DNA from: Felis catus
Taxonomy: Eukaryota
Assembly (NCBI RefSeq): GCF_018350175.1
Contig: NC_058368.1
Span: 70,496,001-70,560,000 of the forward strand
DNA length: 64,000 nucleotides
Reading direction: 5' to 3'
Shown: positions 53,269-64,000 of the stretch, in pieces
How the letters are laid out: the number at the start of each line of letters is the position of its first letter
How positions within the stretch are numbered: position 1 is the stretch's first letter
The notes under the pieces: generated by a model
Database searches by the model: none
The model's input: the letters and a program-made list of their open reading frames with translations, nothing else
What the model was told of the DNA's origin: nothing
Position numbers and translations under genes: made by a program

Positions 53269-54357
53269 TTACTTTCCATTTAAAGACTTGGAATGTATCA
53301 TTGTTTGAGTTTCTGTCATTTCACGTGAGTTTTCTTCAGGGGCTGACTTCACTGCACTGGAAATTGATACACTGACCTGACGCTTCAACATCTTCATAAC
53401 CTTTCTCTTGTACCCTTTACATGCAAAGAAATATATGAAAGGGTCCATGCAGCAATTGAAGTTCATCAGACATACCGTAAAGTGCAGAGAAATCTGGAAC
53501 GAATGTCTTTGGCTACATTCCAGTAAATCAGGAGACTGAAGCTTCTTAATCATGTGTTGAATAATTGCAACATGGTAAGGTGTGAAACAGAGAACAAACA
53601 CAACAATTATAAAAATAATTGTGTTGAGAGCCTTTTTGTTTACACCAGATTTCTCAGTCAGTGGGTTTTGTTTGGCAGTTTTAAAGAGTTTGCAACAGAT
53701 TTGAGAATAGCAGATGAGAATGACTAGGAGAGGGAGCACGTATCCTATGAAACACGCACCCAGCAGAATCCAGGGAAGAGATTTTGTTTCTTCAAAGTTC
53801 GGATACTCCATGCATGTAGTCCTTTCTTCCTCCTGCTTTGACATAGGTTTTATGAGCAGTGGGAGTGTTTGAGCGAATACTACAATCCAGACAAATATGC
53901 AAATGCCTTTTGCATGTTCAATTCTTTTCATCTTGTTGTATCGCAGAGGGTGCACCACAGCAAAGAACCGGTCAATGCTCAAGCAGGTCATGAAGTTCAC
54001 ACCTGCGTATGTGTTGATGTAAAACACGAGAGCAGTTATCCTACACAAGGCCTCACCCATTCTCCAGTCAAAGCCCAGTGCATAGTAGGCTATCCGTGTA
54101 GGCAAAGCAGTGGTAAAAAGTATGTCAGAAATCACCAGATTTGTTGAATATAGGGTGGTAGAGTTGATTTTTTTCCTGTTTTGAACAATAACAACCAAGG
54201 CTAGCACATTTCCTACAAGCCCAATTATGAAGACAATGCTGTAATGCAGAGGCATTAGTATCCTGGCTGTGTTGTGGTGTGAATAGAGGTCACAGTCACT
54301 TTCCTGAGTTGCTGCAGAGGGTGTAGTAAAATTGTTGTCCATTTTTGTATCCATCAT
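53269..54357 (-). CDS. GPR183: G protein-coupled receptor 183 (EBI2, oxysterol receptor), 361-362 aa, CDS within one exon
   Basis: 7TM protein with CDLYSHHNTAR, LPTRIAYY, SIDRF, CFTPYH and NCCMDPFIY, C-terminus EENSREMTETQ...NGK. Tandem ATGATG start; the second ATG (54354) has the stronger Kozak context. Confidence 0.98.
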   Translation of the reverse strand: MMDTKMDNNFTTPSAATQESDCDLYSHHNTARILMPLHYSIVFIIGLVGNVLALVVIVQNRKKINSTTLYSTNLVISDILFTTALPTRIAYYALGFDWRMGEALCRITALVFYINTYAGVNFMTCLSIDRFFAVVHPLRYNKMKRIEHAKGICIFVWIVVFAQTLPLLIKPMSKQEEERTTCMEYPNFEETKSLPWILLGACFIGYVLPLLVILICYSQICCKLFKTAKQNPLTEKSGVNKKALNTIIFIIVVFVLCFTPYHVAIIQHMIKKLQSPDLLECSQRHSFQISLHFTVCLMNFNCCMDPFIYFFACKGYKRKVMKMLKRQVSVSISSAVKSAPEENSREMTETQTMIHSKSLNGK

Positions 54358-54372
54358 TGGTGTTCAAAGTCT

Positions 54373-54407
54373 CTAGAGAGAACCAGGGAGAGTACTTTTA
54401 ATTAGAA
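54373..54407 (-). other. 3' splice acceptor and branch point of the GPR183 coding exon
   Basis: Minus strand reads ttCTAAT...ctctccctggttctctctAG/agactttgaacaccaATG, so the exon starts at 54372. Confidence 0.75.
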
Positions 54408-54499
54408 GTGCATTTAACTAAAAGTAATATAAACTGCCTTTTATAGGTCAAACTTTTAAAATTTGTGAAAATTTATAGAAATTTTAAAATCTGTGATAT

Positions 54500-55355
54500 T
54501 TTACACAGTAAAGGAAACCATCAACAAAACCTTAAAAAGGTAACCTAGTAAACTGGAGGAGATATTTGCAAATGATATATCCAGTGAGGGGTTCGTATCC
54601 AAAATCTATGAGGAACTTTTATGACTCAAAACAAAAATAATCTTGATTAAAAATGAGCAGAGTACCTGAATAGGCATTTTTCTAAAGAAGACCTACAAAT
54701 GGCGGGCAGACACATGAAAAGATGTTCAACATCCCTAATCATCAGGGAAATGCAAATCAAAACCACAGTGAGGTATCACCTCACACCTGTCAGATGGCTA
54801 ATATCAAAAAGACAAGAAATAACAAGTGTTGCCCTGGATGCAGAGAATAGGGAACCCTCTTGCATTGTTGGTGGGAATGTAAATTGGTTCAGCCACTGTG
54901 GAAAGCAGTATGGAGCTTCCTTAAAAAATTAAAAATAGAAATACCACATGATTCACTAATTTCACTACCGGGTATTTAAAGAAAACAAAAACACATATTC
55001 AGAGAGTTAATATGTACCATTTTAGCATTATTTGTAATAGTCAGGATATGGAAGCAACCCAAGTGTCCATTGGTAGGTCAGTAGATACCCCCCCCCCACA
55101 CACACACGAATATTACTCAGCCATAGAAAGGAGATCTTACCATTTGCAACAACGTGGATGGATCTAGAGGGTATTATGCTAAGTAAAACAGAGAAAGACA
55201 AATACCAGATGATATCTCTTATACATGGAGTCTAAAAAGCAAAACAAACCAAAAAAAAAAAGCAGGAACAGATCTATAAATACAGAGAATAAGCTGGTAG
55301 TTACCAGAGGAGAAATGAGTGGGAGGGAATAGGTGAACTAGATAAAGGGGATTAT
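54500..55355 (+). mobile_element. L1 3' fragment (ORF2 end plus 3'UTR) in the GPR183 intron
   Basis: ORF 54699-54932 ([28 protein letters not shown]) is an ORF2p relic. Confidence 0.9.
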
Positions 55356-55372
55356 TAAGAAGCATACCTCCA

Positions 55373-55598
55373 GGGGCACCTGGGTGGCTCAGTTGGTTAA
55401 GCATCTGATTTCAGCTTAGGTCTTGATCTCACTGTGAGTTCAAGGCCCACATCAGGTTCTGTGCTGACAGCTCAGAACCTGGAGCCTGCTTCGGATTCTG
55501 TGTCTCCGTCTCTCGCTACCCCTCCCCCACTCGCACTCTGTCTCTCCCTCTCAAAAATAAACATTAAAAATTTTTTTAAATTTTTTTCCTTAAAATAA
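55373..55598 (+). mobile_element. CAN-SINE
   Basis: TSD aagaagca(ta/cc)cctcca. Confidence 0.9.
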
Positions 55599-56959
55599 AA
55601 GAAGCACCCCTCCAAAAGAAAAAAAAAATCTATGAAATGTAATATGTTTACATATATAGTAACAAGAACAGAGAATAAAATTTATGTTTTTACTCACAAT
55701 TTGGTGATTTTGGCAAAGCCCTGGCAAAGGAAATAAGAACCATCTAAATAGAGCAAGTGTATTTTTGTGACAAGAGGGAACATGCTAACTTTTTAGGCAG
55801 AAATTCCCTCCTGCCCCGCCTTTTTTCAGAATCATTGTCTGGTTAAGAACAAAATCATGTGTGGCACCCCACATTTCAGATGGGAGCAAAACTTTGCTTT
55901 TAAATTGAACTTCAGTTGGATTTTTTTTTTTTCTAAATGCATATCACTGCCAGGAAATGAAATCAGTCACACATTTATTTAGTGAAATACGAACTTACCA
56001 CAGTGATCTGATTTGTGTTAACCTAAAAAGTATGAGAAACAGGCTAAGGCCTTGTTAGGAACTGAAAGTTAGGTTTTCTTTTAAAAAAGAAGAAGATGAT
56101 GACCACGACAACCACGACAAAAACGACGAAAAAGAAAGAAAAAACTGAAGCCATTTCAGGGGAAATGTTAAGATTAATTCTGAACTAGATCGTTCCACAA
56201 GTATGCCACTGATGTTTGCAGTGTGCGTTCCTACGTTTTGCGTGCTTGTAAGCATTACACGTTGTGGTGTCTTGTGCTCTGCTTTATTCACCTCACGTGT
56301 TCATGGATCAGTGTCATCTATTTGTCGTGTGTAGATCTTACGTAGACATTTTATAGATATTTCTGCAGTATTCCAGTGTGTTAGTGCATAATTTGCTTAG
56401 CTATTTCCTTGATGCATAGTTGGGTTATTTCCAATTCTTTTCTTGTTATAAATAATGTTAAGACGAAATTTAAAGTCCTGCATTGAAAAGTAGAAAACAA
56501 TAATAAAACTCCTTATAGGAGGCTGAGCTTTGATAAAACTTAGGAAGAGCAGAGTAGTAAATTCTGTGATGTTATCTTTAGAAGAAAAATGATACTCTGA
56601 TAGGACTGTGTGCACAAATCTCATCTGAAAGTCACCAAAATTAAGGGAAAATGTCTATATATCTAGTGACGATGGTTTATGTTAAAAGAAAATAACTCTC
56701 TCCCTAGCCATATCAAAACACCAACTACTACTCTGACTGCTGTATTAAATGAACTGCATCTCTGCTAACTTACTTCTAACAGTCTTAAACAGTGATAGCA
56801 ACAGACAGTGGGGGTTTTCAGAGCATTGCTCTAATGTTATAGGTGTGCGTTACATACAGTGTTGATAGGTTAATTGTTAAAATATGGAAATACAACCTAA
56901 AGTAAAAGGGAACAAAACTGGAAGTAGTACTTTCTGTTAATCAAGAAAATATAGGAAAA

Positions 56960-57970
56960 GAGACTATGAGAAAGAAATATAAATAGATTGAACTCACCTA
57001 TTAAAAGAGACTATTGGTTTGGATTTAAAAAAAATATCCAGCTGTATGCTGTTTAGAAGAGAGAGGGCTCAAAAAAGTGACTCAGAAAAGTTGAAAATAA
57101 AGATATGGGAAAACATGTATCAGGCAAATCCCAACCAGTAGAAAGCTAGAGTTAGCAATACTAACATCAGAAAAAAACAGAATTGAAGGCAAATTCGATA
57201 TTAATAGGGATGAACAGAGTCACTACAGAAGTTAAAAAGAGGAGTTCACCCAGAATATAAAAACAATTTTGAACTGTGCATGTAACAGCAAAATTTAAAG
57301 GAGAAATTGGAGATTTTAACACATCTTCATTAGAATATGTCAGATAAAGATTAAAGACTTAAAAGATTTACCCAGTGAGACTTCACAGAATTTGTGCTGA
57401 AGGTACATGAACATTTTTTGCAAGTTTGTGTACTAGGTCATCACAGGACCTCAGAGCTTTTAGAAAATATGTTACTTAGCAGCTGACATTCCAGTGACTA
57501 CAGTGCAACTAAATTAGAAATGAACAATACAGAGATAAAGGATACATTTAGAATCTAAAAAAGTATGTTTCTAAGGAACTCGTGGGTTAAGAAATCACTA
57601 TAGGATTTTGAAGCAGTTAGAACAAAATGACTAAAATACTATATGCCAAACAATGGGATGCAGCTGAAGTGTTAATCTAAGATAGATGTAGAGCCTTGAA
57701 TGCATTTATTTTATTTGCAGATTTTTTATTTTGAAATAATTTTTATTTGAGTATAATTAACGTAATGCTACATTAGTTTCAGGTGTACAGCATAGTGATT
57801 CAACATCTCTATATGCTTGTGAATGCATTTATTTTTTAATTGAATTTATTTAATTGAAAATAGATAAATACACAGTTCAGGAAGCTAGAAGAAAATTGTT
57901 TGCCCAAAGAAAGTAGAAGAAAGTAATAATAAAGATGATTACAGAAATTAATAAAATAGAAAACAAAACA
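56960..57970 (+). mobile_element. Old L1 ORF2 endonuclease-region relic, with a roughly 110-nt antisense L1 tail inserted at 57712-57819
   Basis: aaatagattgaactcacctattaaaaga...tatgctgtttagaagag. The inner insertion has TSD tgaatgcatttattt (57697-57711 / 57820-57834). Confidence 0.7.
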
Positions 57971-58799
57971 AACACCTAATAAATAAGGAATTTCTGTTTT
58001 GTGCAGAAAAAAAAATAGAGTGATTCTTGAAAGGGAAATCATGGGGATTGCATTTGTGGAATGAAAGTAGAAAAACCTTATCCAGTGAGTTGAGAAAGGC
58101 TTCTTGTGAGAAGTAACTTTTCAAGAACCGAGACTAGACATGGAGAGGTGAAAATTTCAGGCAGGGCTTGAGACTTGGGAACAGATAGCAAGAACTTCTT
58201 TGATTTTTGTACTTTCTGTGAATTTTTTTTTCTGAAAACCTCAATGTGTATGCTTTATTTTGAGGAATATTTCTCAACAGGTTCGGGAAATGCTTCTAAA
58301 ACAAATATTAGGATAGAAATTCTCCATATGAATAAATGCCATTGTAGAGATTAGGAAAGTCACATTAACATAAGACTCAGAGAAGAATGTCCCATTGCTT
58401 GCCATGTTGTAAATGTGCGTCCAGCTTCTTTACTGAAGTATGGCACTTGGTAGAGCCAAAAATGGCAGGGGTTTCAGAACATCTGATGCTCAAGAATATT
58501 TAACACAGTGTTAATTATAAAGATGCACATTTGCAAGCAAATCAAATGTCCATCATCAGGACATTGGCTAAATATTTTATGGTATAGCCATAGAGTGGAA
58601 ATGACATTGTGGATGCCTGTTTCTTGACAGGGAATAATGTTCAGTAAGGAAAGCAGATTATACAACATGCCACTTTGGAGGAAAAGCAATTATGTATACA
58701 TACATGTACACACATCTGCATGGATATGTATGCCAGGACATAATTTTGTATAAGTAACTTTTGAATTTTATCCATAAACTCTTAAACTTTTGTTCTCTT

Positions 58800-58987
58800 T
58801 TAAAAATACTTACTTATTTATTTTGGGACAGAGCAGGAGACGGTCAGAGAGAAAGAGAGAATCTCAAACAGGCTCTGCACTGTCAGCACAGAGCCCAATG
58901 TGGGGCTCAACCTCATGAACCATGAGATCATGACCTGAGCAGAAATTAAGAGTTGGTTGCTCAACCAGCTGAGCCACCCAGGTGCCT
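58800..58987 (-). mobile_element. CAN-SINE
   Basis: SINE body. Confidence 0.88.
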
Positions 58988-60349
58988 GAATATGTGCTTA
59001 AATTTTTAATACTAAACATGAATTTAAATTTTTAATACTGAACATGAATTGACTATGAAATGAGTAAATAGGCAAATAACTTCACGTGAGGAAAAACATT
59101 TTTTTAATTCAGTTCTTTCAAAAATCTTGTCATCTGACATACATTTCAAAGCTGGCCCTTTAGTGCCCTTTACTCAGATTGATGCATTAATTTTTATTAG
59201 GTGCCTACCTTTAAGTCCTATCTGGAAGAACATTTGTATTGACCCTTGTGGGCTAAGTACTGCTGTCCGCTCTCTACTTGCCATATGAGGAAAGCAAGTG
59301 CCATAGAGCTTAAAAGGTCATGCTAGATCCTTCTCTCTGGTGACCTGGCTTCAGGTCTCCTACCCTGTCCAATTCTTGGCAAGGGCAGCTGGTTCATATT
59401 GCCCTTGAAGAACTGAGAGTTTGTGGTTTTGAAGTGGTCTAGGCTTTAAGAAACATCTTTACCTGTAAATAGCCTGGGAACAAGATGTCCCCTCCGCTGC
59501 AGAGCCAGGCAACGATCCTTCCTAAGGACAGTGGGGTCCCCACTTCTAGGACAGTGTAGATCACTGATGGGAAGACTCTTGAGGGACCGCTTACTGCCCA
59601 CCCTTGTCCTGAGTCAGTCAGAGAAAGACACCTGCACAGTGCGGACAAGTAAATGGGATGGCTCAGAAATGGTCTTTGGTAAAGATGAATCTAGGCTGTC
59701 TTGAAATCTGGTGATGTTCCAGTACCCTCTCGAAGGTTGATTCTGTTAATGGCACTAGTATGTTACCTTAGTTCTTGATTATATCTATCCTGGGCTATTC
59801 ATGCTATAGTTTTAGTCATTTTTATCTTTTCCGAATTGAGAGAAATATTCTTTCATGTACTTGACTGTTATCCCATTCTTACCTAAATCAATCCCAGTTT
59901 ATTATCATCATCCCTGAGATATTATTTTATATCCTCCTTTAATCATTGAGGACTCAAGATTACTTTCTTGAACCTTGACTTACTCCATTCTTTTATTCAG
60001 CAAAAATTGTTTTCAGTGCCTTCATATGCTAGGTCCTGAAATTACCGAGATGATATCTTTCAATATGGGAGGGCCTGAAACGGAAGGATGATGTTGGGAA
60101 TGTGCTGTTATCTGAATGAGGGAGCATTGTTTCACTGTTGTTTAAAGGACTCCTACTCACACATACTAGGGTTCTGCTTGCTCTTTGGATTACTGTGTTC
60201 CTTACCAACCTTTGGATTGCCAGTGGTTCTTTTAATCATTTTTTCAGGTATAACTAACTTCCTCTCACCCTCCCTTCCTCCTTTTCTTCCTTTATCTGTT
60301 TATTTTTTAATACATTTTAAGTATTTTAGTTTTTAAAATAAGTTCATCC

Positions 60350-60458
60350 TTTTTTTTTTTTTTTTTTAAAGTTAGCTCTATGCCCAACATGGGGCCTGAA
60401 CTCATGACCCTGAGATCAAGAGTTGCATGCTCTACTGACTGAGCCAGCCAGGCACCCC
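60350..60458 (-). mobile_element. Short CAN-SINE
   Basis: tRNA-like head plus T tail. Confidence 0.85.
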
Positions 60459-61723
60459 TTAAGTATTTTACATTTTTATAATCTTTAGACGACAGCTCTG
60501 TCATGTTATTAGGATAAATATACTGAGTTGTACTTGGAGGTACTATGACTTATCATTTCACTGCCTAGAGAAAAACACGAAGTGTTTGTTCTTCATCTTT
60601 TTTCCTTAGAATACTTTTATCTATAAGAATTCTGATTCCCTTATAATGCTTTCTAATGACAACGTATGTGTGGCCACTAAACTGTCCTTAGTGCCCCACA
60701 CCCTGAGGAACATGAATGAGGACTGAAGCCTTTGCCCTGTGGGCACAGTTAGTAACTAGGCTGCATGGAGCGTGGGGGCCGCATTCAGATTCCATCTGAG
60801 GAACCCCCTTACCTCCTGACAGCTGGCTGCAGCCACCCTGGCAGCCATCTGCGCCAGTTCTCTTACCAGTTATGTCACTGAGCAAAGGGGTCTATCCCAG
60901 TTTTGTCTCTGTAATGTAATGAGATAACTCTACTGCCAATCTAACATATGCAAAACAGCAGGCTCTCCCGTAGCAAAATATCCTCCACCGTATTTTTACT
61001 TATATTTTCGGAAGTGGGTCTGTGTGTGTTCTCTAGAGTTGATTTCATTGCTGCTAGAGTAGCTAACATATCTTAAGACATTATCATCTCATTTTTGCAT
61101 AACCGGACGTGTTGACATGAACTGACAAGTTCTTTCTAGCCACAGAAAGGAGGAAAATAAAAGGCTCCCCCCCAAAAACTCATCTATTAGTATTTAAGAA
61201 AATTGAGCGCTAATGTAATTTGTTCCTGGAAATATTTGCCCTGGCTACCGACTTGGAGGTATTTGTGATTGTTCACAGATCTGTGGTCCCAATTTACTTG
61301 CTTGGATAATTATTTTCTTAGATTTTATTTGTGGCAGAAACAAAATAAAACCTTCACTGTACTTGTAGATTTAGTGTGAACTAGGATATTGGCTTTTAGT
61401 TTTTGCTTTAAGATTCTGAAATGTCACCTTTACCCCTAATATTTATTCACTTAATAAGCATCAACAGCCTTAAATGAAAAGGAGTTAAACTTTTAGTAAT
61501 TTTGTTTAAAGTTAGGCCTTAGCAATGGATTGAATGGCTCAAGTCATGTGAAATGATAAGCTGTAAGAGGTGACTTCTCTATAAGGCCAAGTCTACTGAA
61601 GACCATGTTTACACTTCAAGACGGTCTGACTCAAAGTGCCCATGCACCAAAAAGGAAGTTCTAGGAGCTCTTTCAAAAGAGCTCCTAAGAGTTTCTAGGC
61701 TCTTTCAAAAATAAGAGCCAAAC

Positions 61724-61930
61724 GGGCGCCTGGGTGGCTCAGTTGGTTGAGCGTCCGACTTCGGCTCAGGTCATGATCTCACAGTTCGTGGGTTCGAGCC
61801 CCGCATCAGGCTCTGTGCTGACAACTCAGAGCCTGAGCCTGTTTCAGATTCTGTGTCTCCCTCTCTGCCCCTCCCCTGTTCATGCTCTGTCTCTGTCTCA
61901 AGAATACATAAACATTAAAAAATTAAAAAA
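61724..61930 (+). mobile_element. CAN-SINE
   Basis: Full body; flanks share aaaaataagagc. Confidence 0.9.
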
Positions 61931-63034
61931 AAATAAGAGCTGCAAAAATGTGGACTTAGAGATATGAATTGTATTTGCATATTATTAAATGAGGAGTATT
62001 GATTGATCTGATTCTTTCTCTGATTTCTCTGGAGACCCTGTCCTTTGGCTGTGTTGTTGAGGAGAGGTAAGGTTGAGGGAAAGTTTCTGGAGTGGGAAAA
62101 AATTAAATCATTGAGAAAGGAGGGGGCGGGCGAAAGCTTGGGTTCACTAGAAGAGCAAGAATTCGGTGTGCTGAGGAACTAGGCGAGCACAGATGTATCA
62201 CGATAGCAGGCAGAAGCTGGTTGGTGCCCTTGAGAGGAAACCTACTCCACGGAAGAAAGGAATCGTTGCTTCTTCCCCTGGTTACCTAGTTTTATGAGTA
62301 TTTGTCAGTTACTTGAAAAAAACCTTCTTGCTCTGACTCACACAGGGATTTCTAAGTTCGGTCCAGTGTCGCACATGTCATGGCCTACCACTCAACCAGT
62401 GATTTTTTGCCCACCTTCTTTTTAGTTGGCTAAGCAACCATCACCTGGGCAGTTGTGTGGGCCATTTGCCCATAAAGGGGGCAGGTGGGAAACATTAATT
62501 CCTAATTGTGGGAAAGAAACCTGAGGCACAGCCGGGTTGTGACCAGCACTGGCACAGCCTCTCTTCACTCCATTGGCAAAGTCAGGTTGTGTGTTCCAGT
62601 AAGCTGCCACTCGGCTGTTTGTTTCACAGTCAGTATGCGCCCCAGTTCACTTAGTGAAATAAGTCTTTCTACACTGTCAGGTGATTTTTTTTCCCCAGCC
62701 AGCTTTGAGTCCTAAGTTGATGGCTCACTATGTCTATGGTCAGGATTCATTTTTGGAAGGATATAGGGAACGTTGTCCAGGAAGGTGGGACACTGATAGC
62801 TGCCTGAACTTTCTCAGGATAGAATCTCGCACCTGCCAGAGTGTTTATGTTCAGAGTGCGGTTGTCTGTGGTCGTCTGCAGTTGGCCTGTCTGAGGGGAC
62901 CTCCCTACCCTGCCTCTGGGTTTGTGGAAGTGTGACCCTCCTGCTGACCCCATGGCACAGGCTGCTTCTGACCACCTCTCAGTAGGTCTGCAGAGGGTCA
63001 CTTACGGGACAGTGCACAGAGAACTACTTCTTTG

Positions 63035-63966
63035 CTTTTTTTTTTTTTTGAATTTTAGAGAGAGGGGGAGTGTGTGAGCAGGGGTGAGGGGCAGAGAGAG
63101 TGAGAGGGAGGGAGGGAGGAAGGGAGAGAGATCCTAGGCAGGCCCCAAGCTGAGTCTGGGCCTTGCGGCACTTGATCCCACCACCCTAGTGTCGTGATAC
63201 GAGCCGAAATCAGGAGTCAGACACTGAACCTACTAAGCCACCCAGGTGCCCTGAGAACCTCTTGAAGACAGAAAAAACAAAAACCAAAAAAATGTGTTCG
63301 CCAGTTTGTAGTTTACTTTTAGTGCCTTTGCAGCATCCTGACCTAATAGGCACTGACTGAGGAAGACCACGTCGCCTTCCATAAACACATGCATTGGCAT
63401 TGATGCAAAGGTGAAAGGGGCCTGACATTTGAATTACTTGATTAAACACCTACTTGCACATTTAGGGTTTCATATATTCCAGCTATTTTTCTTTCCCCTT
63501 TCACTGATTTTCTTTGTGTGGCTTTTGGCAGCTTTAACAAACTGAGTAGGTTGATGTGAAAGTTACCAACATGAACACAAAGGAGGTGGTAATACTAAGG
63601 ACAGGAGTTACATCACATAATATTTAGGAACTGTAAGAAAACAGAATCCCGCATAATACGCATTTCAGTGAGGAAGACAAATACTGTGTTTCCATGTGGC
63701 ATGATTTGACCTATAAGTACAATAACTGGATAATACAAAAAGATTCTTTTTAAAAAAAATTTTTTTAATGTTTACTTATTTTTGAGAGATAGAGACAGAG
63801 TGCGAGCAGGGGAGGGGCAGAGAAAGAGAGAGACACAGAATCCGAAGCAGGCTCCAGGCTCCGAGCTGTCAGCACAGAGCCCAGTGCAGGGCTGGAATTC
63901 ACGAACTATGAGATCATGACCTGAGCTGAACTCGGACACTTACCGACTGAGCCACCCAGGCGCCCC
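63035..63966 (-). mobile_element. Two antisense CAN-SINEs (63035-63251, 63748-63966)
   Basis: SINE bodies; the second has TSD aaaagattcttt. Confidence 0.88.
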
Positions 63967-64000
63967 ATAAAAAGATTCTTTGTAGTAAAGATCTCAGTCT

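Larger units (their letters stand above)
1..64000 (+). other. UBAC2: Probable intron of host gene UBAC2 (no UBAC2 exon seen)
   Basis: Inference only, from conserved mammalian synteny in which GPR18 and GPR183 are nested antisense in a UBAC2 intron. Confidence 0.7.

Noticed and set aside
53869..54147. Antisense ORF over GPR183 (and 6479-6685 over GPR18)
   Set aside because: Short shadow ORFs are expected opposite coding sequence.
1..64000. CRISPR array, operon-like or otherwise novel multi-gene system; functional tRNA genes
   Set aside because: There is no regular repeat-spacer structure and no unexplained long ORF. The tRNA-like A/B boxes all belong to SINE heads.

Overview
Mammalian genomic DNA, carnivore and almost certainly felid: it is dense in tRNA-derived CAN-SINEs of the SINEC_Fc type and carnivore-type L1 3' ends. 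It holds two class A GPCR genes on the minus strand whose CDSs have no introns: GPR18 (CDS 6230-7225, 331 aa) and GPR183/EBI2 (CDS 53269-54357). By known synteny both sit antisense inside a large intron of UBAC2, but I see no UBAC2 exon here, so the host assignment is inference. The rest is non-coding: about 35 CAN-SINEs, nested L1 fragments, L2/MIR/MLT1/MER20 relics, microsatellites and a U6 snRNA retrocopy. I found no evidence of a novel multi-gene system. The best leads are Phe instead of the usual Leu at GPR18 position 3.43, a candidate GPR18 5'UTR exon carrying a uORF, a bipartite CTCF site between the two genes, an ETS-IRF composite element upstream of GPR18, a template-switch-like palindrome, and a CpG-rich patch in the GPR183 intron. 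Repeat boundaries and subfamily names were read by eye and are approximate. Comparisons to human proteins and consensus sequences are from memory.
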